From Chloroflexota bacterium (GTDB lineage: Bacteria; Chloroflexota; Dehalococcoidia; CAUJGQ01), in contig CAUJGQ010000096.1 in the NCBI GenBank assembly GCA_963170165.1, forward strand, positions 2,243-66,242: a DNA stretch of 64,000 nt, read 5' to 3'. Each line of letters opens with the position of its first letter. Positions within the stretch are counted from its first letter, which is position 1. A program made the translations under genes and the position numbers. Shown piece by piece: positions 19,848-29,061 of the stretch. The notes under the pieces were generated by a model. It was not told where the DNA came from. It was given only the letters and a program-made list of their open reading frames with translations, and made no database searches.

Positions 19848-21071
19848 ATGGTGGATTTCACCCTCTCTCCGGAAATCAAGGACCTCCGGCGGCGCGTCGC
19901 CGCCTTCATGAAAGAGCACGTCTACCCCAACGAATCAGCGCTGAGCCACGAAGATGAGGCGGGCGAAGCGCTGATGCGCGACCTTCAGCAAAAGGTCCGC
20001 GACCAGGGGATGTGGGCGCTGTTCATCGGCCCGGAGGCAGGCGGCAACGGGCAGGGCTTTCTGCCGTATGCCTACATCAACGAGCTGCTGGGCCGCAGCC
20101 CGGTGGCGCCGCGGGTGTTCGGCTGTCAGGCGCCGGACACCGGCAACGCCGAGATCCTGCATATGTTCGGCACGCCCGAGCAGCAGGAACGGTGGATGAA
20201 GCCGTTGATCGCCGGCCAGATCCGCTCCTGCTTCTCGATGACGGAGCCGGCCGTCTCCGGTGCGGACCCCGTCAACCTGCAGAGCAACGCCGTGCGCGAC
20301 GGGGACGAGTGGGTGATCAACGGCCGCAAGTGGTTCAGCAGCTCTGCCGACGGCGCCGCCTTCGCCATTGCCATGGTGACGACCGACCCGGAAGCGCCAC
20401 CCCACCGGCGTATGAGCCAGATCATCGTTCCCACGGATGCCCCGGGCTTCCACCTCGTGCGCAACATCTCGGTGATGGGCCACACCGGCGCCGGTCACAG
20501 CAGCCACGGTGAGGTGGTGTATGACAACTGCCGCGTGCCGGTGACGAATACGCTCGGTAACCCCGGCGACGGCTTCCTGATTGCGCAGAAGCGGCTGGGG
20601 CCGGGGCGCATCCATCACTGCATGCGCTGGCTGGGGCAGGCGCAGCGGGCCTTCGAGCTGCTCTGCCGCCGCGCCCTCACCCGCGAAGCCTTCGGCGGCC
20701 CGCTGGCGGAGAAACAGACCGTCCAAAACTGGATCGCTGACTCGGTGGCGGAGATTCAGGCTTGCCGGCTGCTCACCCAGCATGCCGCCGCCAAAATCGA
20801 TAGCGGCGAGGATGCCCGCGTCGAGATCTCGCTGATCAAGTTCTACGGCGCCACCATGCTGCACAACGTCATCGACCGTGCCATCCAGGTACACGGCGCC
20901 TTGGGCGTCACCGATGACACACCGCTGGCGAGCATGTACCGCCAGGCCCGCTCCGCCCGCATCTATGACGGCCCGGACGAGGTGCACCGCATGGTCGTCG
21001 CCCGCCGCATCCTGCGCGCCTTCCAGGCCAGCGCCGACGTCTCCTACCTGCAAGCCATGGGTGAGTGGTAG
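19848..21071 (+). CDS. acyl-CoA dehydrogenase family protein (LvaC/ACAD10-11-like candidate)
   Basis: ACAD N/M/C architecture (FSMTEPAVSGADP, IYDGPDEVHRMVVARRIL). AGGAGG RBS. Followed directly by an APH-type kinase. Confidence 0.85.
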   Translation: MVDFTLSPEIKDLRRRVAAFMKEHVYPNESALSHEDEAGEALMRDLQQKVRDQGMWALFIGPEAGGNGQGFLPYAYINELLGRSPVAPRVFGCQAPDTGNAEILHMFGTPEQQERWMKPLIAGQIRSCFSMTEPAVSGADPVNLQSNAVRDGDEWVINGRKWFSSSADGAAFAIAMVTTDPEAPPHRRMSQIIVPTDAPGFHLVRNISVMGHTGAGHSSHGEVVYDNCRVPVTNTLGNPGDGFLIAQKRLGPGRIHHCMRWLGQAQRAFELLCRRALTREAFGGPLAEKQTVQNWIADSVAEIQACRLLTQHAAAKIDSGEDARVEISLIKFYGATMLHNVIDRAIQVHGALGVTDDTPLASMYRQARSARIYDGPDEVHRMVVARRILRAFQASADVSYLQAMGEW

Positions 21072-21146
21072 CGCCTATCGTGTCGTGCGTAGCGTGTGGA
21101 GCTGCCGCGCTGCGCATGACGAACGTCGCAATTCCTCCGGTGCGTT

Positions 21147-22196
21147 ATGAATGAGTTTCCGGACTTTGGCGGGTTGCTGGATATCGCGGCGCTCGGCCGT
21201 TATCTGGCAGAACATGTGGCGGGCAATGACGCGCCGCTGCTGGTGGAAAAGCACTCGGCCGGCTTCTCCAACGAGACGTTCTACATCACACGCGGTGGTC
21301 AGCACTGGGTGCTACGGCGGCCGCCGCGCGGGGTGTTCCTGCCAACGGCGCACGACGTGGTGCGCGAGTACCGCGTGATGCGGGCGCTGCAGGATGCCAA
21401 GGTGCGCGTACCGCGGATGGTCGTGGCCTGCACCGACAGCAGCGTCATCGGCGCGCCGTTCTACGTCATGGAGCGCGTGGCGGGCGAGGTCATCCGCGAG
21501 GAGATGCCCGCGGCGCTGGACACGCCCGAGGAGCGCCGCCGCGTCTCCGAGGAGATGATCGACGCGCTGGCCGAGCTGCACGCGGTCGATTACCGGGCCG
21601 TGGGGCTGGAGGGACTGGGCCGGCCGGCGGGCTACCTGGAACGTCAGATCCGCCGGTGGAGCGGCCAGCTCGAGCTGACCTTGCAGCGCACCCGGCCGCT
21701 ACCCGGCCTGGAGTCTGCCACGCACTGGCTGACCGAGCACCTACCGGCGTCCGGCCCGCCCGCCATCGTCCACGGCGATTTCAAGCCGGACAACGTCATC
21801 TTCTCGGCGGCTCCACCGGCGCGGCTGCTGGCCATCCTCGACTGGGAGATGGCGACCATCGGTGACCCGCTGGCAGACCTGGGCTGGCTGCTCTCCTACT
21901 GGACCGAGCCGGGTGAGCAGCCGGAGGATGTGCCGCCCGGCATCAACATGCTCGACACCACCCAACCCGGCTTCCTCAACCGGGCGGAGATGATCGCGCG
22001 GTACGAGCAACACACCGGCCGTTCGATGCAGCACGTATCGTTCTATCTGTGCCTGGCCGTGTGGAAGCTGGCAATCATCCTGGAAGGGCTGTACGCCCAC
22101 TACCTCGATGGCACTGCCAGTAACCCGCGCACCGCCGAGTTCGAGTGGCGGGTGCCGCACGAGATCGCCCGCATCGAGCGCATCATCAATGGCTAA
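21147..22196 (+). CDS. phosphotransferase enzyme family protein (APH/ChoK kinase fold)
   Basis: Brenner motif HGDFKPDNVIF and DWEMATIGDP. 349 aa. Confidence 0.8.
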   Translation: MNEFPDFGGLLDIAALGRYLAEHVAGNDAPLLVEKHSAGFSNETFYITRGGQHWVLRRPPRGVFLPTAHDVVREYRVMRALQDAKVRVPRMVVACTDSSVIGAPFYVMERVAGEVIREEMPAALDTPEERRRVSEEMIDALAELHAVDYRAVGLEGLGRPAGYLERQIRRWSGQLELTLQRTRPLPGLESATHWLTEHLPASGPPAIVHGDFKPDNVIFSAAPPARLLAILDWEMATIGDPLADLGWLLSYWTEPGEQPEDVPPGINMLDTTQPGFLNRAEMIARYEQHTGRSMQHVSFYLCLAVWKLAIILEGLYAHYLDGTASNPRTAEFEWRVPHEIARIERIING

Positions 22197-22213
22197 CCGC
22201 ACGGGAGTAACCG

Positions 22214-22981
22214 ATGGACCCTAACGGGCGGGTGGCGGTGGTAACCGGAGCCGGTTCCGGCATCGGCCGGGCGATTGCCCTGCTGCTTGGGCGCGCGGGC
22301 GCGCGGGTGGTGGCCGCTGACCTGAACGGGCAGGCCGCCGAGGAGACCGCGCAGTCCATCCGCGAGGCAGCCGGCGCGGCACTGGCCCTGCGCGCGGATG
22401 TCACCATCGAAGACGACGTGGCACGAATGCTATCGTTCGCGCGGGAGCGGTTCGGCGGGCCGGACATCCTCTGCAACAACGCCGGGCTGGGGGAGCTACC
22501 GGATGAACTGTTCGGCGGCGGGCCGGGCGCAGGCTGGCGGCGGTTGGTGGACGTCAATCTCGCCGCCGTCATCCTCGGCACGCGCCTGGGGGCGCTGGCG
22601 ATGCGTGAGACGGGCGGCGGCGTGATCATCAACACTGCCTCGATGGGCGGGCTGCTACCCATGCCCTACGCCCCGGTCTACGCCGCCACCAAGGCGGCTG
22701 TCGTCCACTTCACCCGCTCTCTCGCGGGCCTGCGCGAGGAGATGAATGTCCGTGTCAACGCTATCTGCCCCAGCTATGTAGACACGCCGCTCCTCTGGGC
22801 CGGGACTGAGCAGCAACGCCGGGAGACGGAGCAGCGGACCGCGGCCCTCGGCGGCGCGCTCTCTCCCGAGCTGATCGCTGAGGGTGTGCTCGAACTGGTG
22901 CGTGACGACGGCCGCGCCGGTGCGATTCTGCGCGCCACCCAGGCCCGGGGGCTGGACTACGCGCGGGAGATCCACGCGTGA
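22214..22981 (+). CDS. SDR family oxidoreductase
   Basis: TGAGSGIGRAIA motif, YAATKAA active site, and NAICPS. Confidence 0.85.
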   Translation: MDPNGRVAVVTGAGSGIGRAIALLLGRAGARVVAADLNGQAAEETAQSIREAAGAALALRADVTIEDDVARMLSFARERFGGPDILCNNAGLGELPDELFGGGPGAGWRRLVDVNLAAVILGTRLGALAMRETGGGVIINTASMGGLLPMPYAPVYAATKAAVVHFTRSLAGLREEMNVRVNAICPSYVDTPLLWAGTEQQRRETEQRTAALGGALSPELIAEGVLELVRDDGRAGAILRATQARGLDYAREIHA

Positions 22982-23024
22982 CAGGCATCCGGCGGGCGCC
23001 GCGAGACCCGCAAGGGACACCACC

Positions 23025-24035
23025 ATGGACGAAGCAGAACTACAAGAACGGCTAACCGCGCTGGCCCGGTCGAAGACTGGGGACGGGCAGGCGGAGGTGA
23101 CCGCGGTTCAAGCGATGCCGGGCCACGCCGGATTCTCCTGGGGCTTTGCGCTGACGCACCGCGGCGGGACGGAGCGGCTGGTGCTGCGCCTGCCACCGCC
23201 GGGCGTGCGCTGGGTGGGCACCGCCGACATCGTGCGGCAGGCGCGCGTGATGCAGGCGCTCGCCGGTTCCGCCGTACCCGTGCCCGCGGTGCGCTGGACC
23301 GGCGATGAGCTGGAGTGGTTCGAGCGGCCGTATTACGTGGTGGAGCAGCTGCCCGGCGTCACCCTCTGGTTTCGCACGCCGGATGGGGAGCCCATCGCCT
23401 ACGACGCCGGTGATCTGCAATCCCGCGCCGAGCAGGTGACACGGGCGCTGGCTGACCTCCATGCGCTCGACTGGCGCGAAGTCATGCCGGCATGGGACGC
23501 GCCTCTATCGCTGGAAGAAGAGGTGATTCGCTGGGACTGGCTGCATTCGCGGACGGCGGACCCTGAGTTGACCGCGCTGGCGCCGGCGGTGCGCGAGCGG
23601 CTGCTGTCTGGCGTACCTTCGGTGGGGCGGCAGGGCATCGTTCATGGCGACTATCAGTGGACGAACCACCTGTTCCACGAGGGGCGCCTGCAGGCCGTGC
23701 TTGACTGGGAGCTGGCCACTGCCGGCGACGTCCGCATGGACGCCGGCTGGCTGCTGACGTTCAGCGACCGGAAGAACTGGACCGGCTTTGGCTCCTGGGA
23801 GGCGCCGCTGCCATCGCCGGAGGTGATTATCGCCATGTACGAGCGGGCGTCCGGCCACACGGTGGCGGACCTACCGTGGTTCCGGGCGCTGGCGGGCTAT
23901 AAGTTCGCGCTGATCACCGGCCTCAACCTCAGCCTGCACCGTAAGGGGCGGCGGGTAGACCCGCACTGGGAGATGCTCGCTCCCTCGGCGCCGTTGCTGC
24001 TGGCGCGGGCGCAGGAACTGCTCGGTTCAGGCTGA
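23025..24035 (+). CDS. phosphotransferase enzyme family protein (APH-like, second copy)
   Basis: HGDYQWTNHLF and DWELATAGD motifs. Start assigned to ATG 23025 with an AAGGGA RBS. Confidence 0.75.
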   Translation: MDEAELQERLTALARSKTGDGQAEVTAVQAMPGHAGFSWGFALTHRGGTERLVLRLPPPGVRWVGTADIVRQARVMQALAGSAVPVPAVRWTGDELEWFERPYYVVEQLPGVTLWFRTPDGEPIAYDAGDLQSRAEQVTRALADLHALDWREVMPAWDAPLSLEEEVIRWDWLHSRTADPELTALAPAVRERLLSGVPSVGRQGIVHGDYQWTNHLFHEGRLQAVLDWELATAGDVRMDAGWLLTFSDRKNWTGFGSWEAPLPSPEVIIAMYERASGHTVADLPWFRALAGYKFALITGLNLSLHRKGRRVDPHWEMLAPSAPLLLARAQELLGSG

Positions 24036-24109
24036 CACCCCGTGCTGCCGCTGACGAGCCAGGCGGGTACGATAGGCACGCCGCCACATCGTGACGTGAG
24101 GGATATCGC

Positions 24110-25117
24110 ATGACCGCCGCCCGCCTCGGATTCTCGTTGCCGCTCGCCGGGGTGCCGCTCGGCGAGCACCGCGCGCCACTGCAGGAGGCGGAGCGGCTGG
24201 GCTACACCGACGCCTGGAGCCTGGAGGTAGACGGCACGGACGCCTTCACGCCGCTGGCCGTCGCCGCCGCCTGGACCACGCGGATGCGCCTGGGTACCGC
24301 CATCGCCAACACCTTCACCCGCGGGCCGGCCACCCTGGCGCAATCGGCGCTGGGCATGGCAGAGGCCGCGCCAGGGCGGTTCGTGCTCGGACTGGGGACA
24401 TCGTCCGAGGCGATCGTGCGTGACTGGAACGGCGGGACGTTCACCCGGCCGCTGGCGCGTACCCGCGACGTGATGGCGCTGGTGCAGCAGGCGCTCACTG
24501 GCGGGCGGGTGAGCGAGACGCGCCCAGACGCCTCGATGCAGGGCTTCCGCCTGTCGCGCCCGGTCCCGGGCACAATACCGGTGTACCTGGCAGCCCTACG
24601 CTCCGGGATGCTACGGCTGGCGGGTGAGCGCGCGGACGGGGTGATCATCAACTGGCTCACACCGAAAGATGTGCCGGTGGTGGTGGACATCGCCCGCGAG
24701 GCGGCGCGCGCTGCCGGGCGCGACCCCGATGCACTGGAGGTGGCCTGCCGTATCTTCGTCTGCATGCATGATGACTTGGAGACGGCGCGGGCGATGGCTC
24801 GTCGCACCATCGCCGGCTATCTCACCGTGCCAGTGTACCGCCACTTTCATGAGTGGCTGGGCAATCATCACTTGCTCGGCGGCATGTGGGAGAAGTGGGA
24901 GGCGGGCGACCGCCGCGGTGCGCTCGCCTCCCTCTCCGACGACGCCATCGATCAGCTGTTCGCCGTCGGTGACGCCGGCCGCTGCCGTGCCGCCGTCCAG
25001 CGCTGGGTCGAGGCCGGTGTGCAGGCGCCGATTATGTACTTCCAGCCCGCCGCCACCGACGAGGAGGGCATGGGGCGCGAGTCGCTGGCGATGCTGCGCG
25101 CCCTGGCGCCGGCGTGA
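24110..25117 (+). CDS. LLM class (luciferase-like) F420-dependent oxidoreductase
   Basis: TIM-barrel LLM signature (FSLPLAGVPLGEH...LGYTDAWSLE...RLGTAIANTFTRGPATLAQSA...LGLGTS). Confidence 0.8.
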   Translation: MTAARLGFSLPLAGVPLGEHRAPLQEAERLGYTDAWSLEVDGTDAFTPLAVAAAWTTRMRLGTAIANTFTRGPATLAQSALGMAEAAPGRFVLGLGTSSEAIVRDWNGGTFTRPLARTRDVMALVQQALTGGRVSETRPDASMQGFRLSRPVPGTIPVYLAALRSGMLRLAGERADGVIINWLTPKDVPVVVDIAREAARAAGRDPDALEVACRIFVCMHDDLETARAMARRTIAGYLTVPVYRHFHEWLGNHHLLGGMWEKWEAGDRRGALASLSDDAIDQLFAVGDAGRCRAAVQRWVEAGVQAPIMYFQPAATDEEGMGRESLAMLRALAPA

Positions 25118-25199
25118 ACCATGTCCCGAGGGCGTCCTGCCTTGTGAGCGGGCGGGCGCGCCGATGGCCGGCGCCGTACGCCAACCGCCCCTGCACGCG

Positions 25200-25559
25200 C
25201 TACTCGGGCTTGAACTCGACCAGCTGGAAGTAGTTGCCATCCGGGTCGATGAACGTCGAGATGATGCCGCCCCAGAACTCGCGCCCCTGACTGCGGATGC
25301 AGGCCACCCCCTGACCCGTCAGGCGGGCTTCCTCGACCGCGATGTCTTCGACGAGAAAGTTGATCAAGTAGCGCGGCGGCTCCTTGGTGTCGCCGGTGAG
25401 ATCGCTATGCCCATCAATCACGAACAGCGTCTCGCCCGCCCGGAACGCCGTCTCGCCGGCGCCTGGCTCGGGCGGTAGCTGCACCACATCGCGATAGAAG
25501 GCGGTCAGGCGAGCCGGATCGGCGCTGTTCACGTTGACGATCAGGCCGGTAACGTTCAC
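25200..25559 (-). CDS. VOC/glyoxalase family protein
   Basis: 119-aa glyoxalase-fold composition (FIDPDGNYFQLVEF C-terminal motif). Confidence 0.7.
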   Translation of the reverse strand: MNVTGLIVNVNSADPARLTAFYRDVVQLPPEPGAGETAFRAGETLFVIDGHSDLTGDTKEPPRYLINFLVEDIAVEEARLTGQGVACIRSQGREFWGGIISTFIDPDGNYFQLVEFKPE

Positions 25560-25665
25560 GATGACGACTCCGAGGTGAGGATGGGGCGCGAATCGCGCGA
25601 CATATCTACCGTAGCAAGGCGAAGTGACAGCTTCCTGGCAGCAGCCTGCCCCCGCCGTGCAGTCA

Positions 25666-28017
25666 TCAGCCGGCTGGCTGCATACCGCCCGCCGGCGCCG
25701 CCTCTCCGATCAGGCGGGTCAGCAGGCGCAGCGCTGCCTGCTTGGGGTTGCCGCCCAGCTCGTTCTGCGGGCCGCAGCAGGAGGGACAGCCGGCCGCACA
25801 GCCACAGGCGCGAAGATGCGCGGCGGCACTGGCCAGCATCTCGGCTCGCAGGTCAAAGAGCAGTTCGGTCAGGCCGGTCCCGCCCGGAGCGGCGTCGTAC
25901 AGGAACACCGTGGGCAGGCGTGTGTGCGGTGAGCGCACCTGGGTAGTGACGTGCAGGTCGCGCGGGTCGCACAGCACGAACACCGGTGCGACCGCGTGGA
26001 GCACGGTGCCCACCGCCCACAATCCGCCCTCCACCTCTTCAGGCGGCATCCCCGCCGTCACCGTGTCCGGCAGCGCCAGCCAGCAGGCGACGGTGTGCAG
26101 GTCCTCCTGGTGCAGGTCGATCTTCTCCCAGCCGACGTTCTCGCTTGTGTCCAGCTTGATCTTCTTGAAGACCGTGGGGTAGAACGACACCTTCACATCG
26201 CCGTGATACCAGCGGCCCTGTGTGCCGTCGTCGTTGCGGTCCTCCATCAACACGGCGAGGTCTACCGCCAGCTCAGCGTCAGTGTAGTAGTCCACATCAA
26301 CCTTGTGGACGTACGCCTTGCGCTCGCCACGGTCGAGACGGTCCACGTGGTACTGCTGTCCGCCGTGGAAGTAGATGGCGTCCTTGTGCACCAGCATCGG
26401 CGCCGAGGGGCGGTCTACTTCGCCGATCACCACATGGCGGGTACGTTCGTCCGGCAGGGCATCCAGCCGTTTGCCCCGGCCGCTGCCATCCTCACCGGTA
26501 TCGATGATCACGAAGTTGTCCACCGAGGCAGCGCGCAGCGAGATATTTTCCGCTGGGTAGCTCTCGTGCATCCACCAGAACTTGCCACCTTCCAGGTGCA
26601 GGATGCCTTCATCGCAGAGGTAGCCCAGCAGCAGGTTGGTGTCTTTGCCGAACTCCGGCTCGTCAGAGCCAAACGGCAGTTCAAAGGCCGCGCATTTGAG
26701 ATGCGAAACGAGGATGTAGAAGTTGTCCGGGTTGATGCGCGCCTGCTCCGGCCGGCCGCCGAAGATAAACTCCGGGTTCTCGGCAATGTACTGGCTGAGG
26801 GCGGAGGATGTGCATACCATGACCGCGAAAGCCAGGTCGTGCCGCCGGCCGGCACGGCCGAACTGCTGCCAGGTGCTAGAGATGGAGCCGGGATAGCCGA
26901 GCAGCACCGCCGCTTCCAGCCCTCCGATATCGATACCCAGCTCCAACGCGTTGGTGGAAACCACACCGCGCACGGTACCGTCACGCAGCCCCTGTTCAAT
27001 CTGGCGCCGCTCGTTCGGCAGATAGCCGCCGCGGTAGCCGTGGACGCGCTCCGACAGCGGCGGGCCAGGACGGCGCTGCATCTCCCGGCGCAGATTCGTC
27101 AGCAGGACCTCCACGCCGGTCCGGGAGGAGGCAAAGACAATGCTCTGGGCGCCACCGCGGATCAGCGATCCTGCCAGGGAACGCACCACCGCCATTGACG
27201 AGCGGCGCAGCCCCAACTCGCGGTTAACCACCGGCGGGTTGTAGATCGCCACCACCTTCTTGCCGGCCGGCGCGCCGCTGCTGGCAATCAGCTGCACCGG
27301 TTGCCCCGTCAGCCCTTCGGCCAGCTCCACCGGATTGGCGATGGTGGCGGAGCAGCAGATGAACACCGGGTCCGCGCCGTAGAACTGGCAAATGCGTCGC
27401 AGCCGCCGAATGACGTTGGCCACATGGCTGCCGAACACGCCCCGATACTGGTGTAGCTCATCGATCACCACATAGCGCAGATTGGCGAACAGCCGTTGCC
27501 ACTTGGTGTGGTGGGGAAGGATGCCGGTATGGAGCATATCCGGGTTGGTGATGACGATGTGCCCGGAGGCGCGCATGCGCTGGCGAGCGTCTTGGGGTGT
27601 ATCACCGTCGTAGGTGAAGGTGCGGATCTCCTTGCCCGTGGCTGCAATCAGTCCGTGCAGCTCGTCGTACTGGTCCTGGGCCAGCGCCTTGGTGGGAAAC
27701 AGGTACAGCGCTCGGGCGGCCGGCTCGCGCAGGATCGTGGAGAGTACCGGCAGCGTGTAGCAAAGCGTCTTGCCGGAGGCCGTCGGCGTCACCACCACGC
27801 AGTGCCGGCCGGCCAGCGCGGCGGCGGCGGCTTCGGCCTGGTGAGTCCAGGGACGGGCAATACCCCGGCGCGCCAGCGCCGCGATCAGCTCGGGATGGAC
27901 GTCGGTCGGGTAGTCCGCGTAGCGGGCCGGCCGGGGAGGGATCTCCTCCCAGTGGATAAAGTTCTCCCGGTGCTCGCGCGAGAACCGCAGATCGTCCAGC
28001 ACCTGTGCCAGCGCCAT
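25666..28017 (-). CDS. DEAD/DEAH-box helicase with C-terminal DUF1998 zinc-binding domain (YprA/MrfA-like)
   Basis: Walker A (TPTASGKT), DExH (VVIDELHQY) and helicase C motifs. C-terminal four-Cys cluster (CGCAAGCPSCCGPQ) characteristic of DUF1998. Confidence 0.85.
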   Translation of the reverse strand: MALAQVLDDLRFSREHRENFIHWEEIPPRPARYADYPTDVHPELIAALARRGIARPWTHQAEAAAAALAGRHCVVVTPTASGKTLCYTLPVLSTILREPAARALYLFPTKALAQDQYDELHGLIAATGKEIRTFTYDGDTPQDARQRMRASGHIVITNPDMLHTGILPHHTKWQRLFANLRYVVIDELHQYRGVFGSHVANVIRRLRRICQFYGADPVFICCSATIANPVELAEGLTGQPVQLIASSGAPAGKKVVAIYNPPVVNRELGLRRSSMAVVRSLAGSLIRGGAQSIVFASSRTGVEVLLTNLRREMQRRPGPPLSERVHGYRGGYLPNERRQIEQGLRDGTVRGVVSTNALELGIDIGGLEAAVLLGYPGSISSTWQQFGRAGRRHDLAFAVMVCTSSALSQYIAENPEFIFGGRPEQARINPDNFYILVSHLKCAAFELPFGSDEPEFGKDTNLLLGYLCDEGILHLEGGKFWWMHESYPAENISLRAASVDNFVIIDTGEDGSGRGKRLDALPDERTRHVVIGEVDRPSAPMLVHKDAIYFHGGQQYHVDRLDRGERKAYVHKVDVDYYTDAELAVDLAVLMEDRNDDGTQGRWYHGDVKVSFYPTVFKKIKLDTSENVGWEKIDLHQEDLHTVACWLALPDTVTAGMPPEEVEGGLWAVGTVLHAVAPVFVLCDPRDLHVTTQVRSPHTRLPTVFLYDAAPGGTGLTELLFDLRAEMLASAAAHLRACGCAAGCPSCCGPQNELGGNPKQAALRLLTRLIGEAAPAGGMQPAG

Positions 28018-28127
28018 CGCCCGCCATCCTGTTCTGTCTCGAACAAGTGTGCGAAGCGCACGGCGGCGCTGTCAACCAGCAGGATTGCGCTTGCGGGCGC
28101 CCTTGCGCCGGGGCGGCCGGCCGTGGC

Positions 28128-28301
28128 TCAGGCTGCCTGGTTGAGCATGGCAGACAGCTCACGATGCAGGCGCTTTTCCATGCGCTTGGCCGAGCCGGTC
28201 TCCCGCAGAAAGCAGCGGAGGCACACACAACGGCCGTGCGGGTTGGCAACGACCACATCATCCAGTTCCGTGTCAAAGGCGCACAGGATGCAGCGGTACA
28301 T
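28128..28301 (-). CDS. small zinc-ribbon protein (57 aa; two CxxC pairs)
   Basis: AAGGAG RBS 7 nt before ATG 28301. MYRCILCAF...GRCVCLRCF forms a four-Cys knuckle. Same strand as the helicase and 110 bp upstream of it. Confidence 0.5.
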   Translation of the reverse strand: MYRCILCAFDTELDDVVVANPHGRCVCLRCFLRETGSAKRMEKRLHRELSAMLNQAA

Positions 28302-28481
28302 GGTGCGACTCCTTTCGCTTCCGCCCTCAGTCTCGTGTGGCGCCACACCATCCGGCATACGGGATGATCCGGATTTCCCGGCTCCCTACCTTGCTACTAC
28401 GCTGCTACATCACCCAGCGGTTCAGTCTGCGCTGGATTCATCCGTCCGGACGGCCGATCATAGGCTGACAGGCAGGCAGTA

Positions 28482-28976
28482 GTGCAGCAGGACGACGCAA
28501 TCCAGGCAGCGCGCGGGCGGCTGGCAGAGCAGCTGCTGAGCGATGAGCGTATCCTCGGCGCCGTGCCGGAGGATGCCGCCCGGCTGTTGCTGGATCGCGC
28601 GCTTGCCGCGCTCGATGCCGCCGTCACCGCCGCGCCGGACACCGGAACCTTCACGCAGACGGCTGAGGCCATCCGGCGGCATGCCCGCGACCTGGCGGAC
28701 ACCGCCGCCGCAGCGGACGATCCGGCCGTGGCGATCGCAGCATCACCATTCCCCGTGCTGGTGACCGCACCCGAACAGGTAGCAGCGCAGCCACCAGCGG
28801 CACCGGCCGCCTGGGAGGAGCCACCGCCCCCTGAGATGCTGGGCGCCGAAGAATCATCCCCGTCTGAAGCGCCCTTGTCCGAGCTGGCAGCGACAGAGCC
28901 ACCGCACCTGGAGGAGCCGCCGCCCATCCCCGAGCCTCCGTCGCTGTGGGAGCGGCTGCGCCTGTGGTGGCGCTAA
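28482..28976 (+). CDS. hypothetical Ala/Pro/Glu-rich protein
   Basis: ORF just upstream of the PLD gene on the same strand. Low-complexity acidic C-terminus and no recognisable domain. Confidence 0.3.
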   Translation: MQQDDAIQAARGRLAEQLLSDERILGAVPEDAARLLLDRALAALDAAVTAAPDTGTFTQTAEAIRRHARDLADTAAAADDPAVAIAASPFPVLVTAPEQVAAQPPAAPAAWEEPPPPEMLGAEESSPSEAPLSELAATEPPHLEEPPPIPEPPSLWERLRLWWR

Positions 28977-29061
28977 CGCGTGCTGGGGCATGCCGCATCT
29001 GCCCGCCTCCTCGCCATAATAGAACAGGGAGATCGGGCCACACCGGGGGAGGGCGCGGGCC

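Noticed and set aside
25951-27198. 415-aa plus-strand ORF
   Set aside because: Antisense to the DExH helicase.
27496-28482. 328-aa plus-strand ORF
   Set aside because: Overlaps the helicase N-terminus and the small zinc-ribbon gene on the other strand, with no motifs. Shadow ORF.
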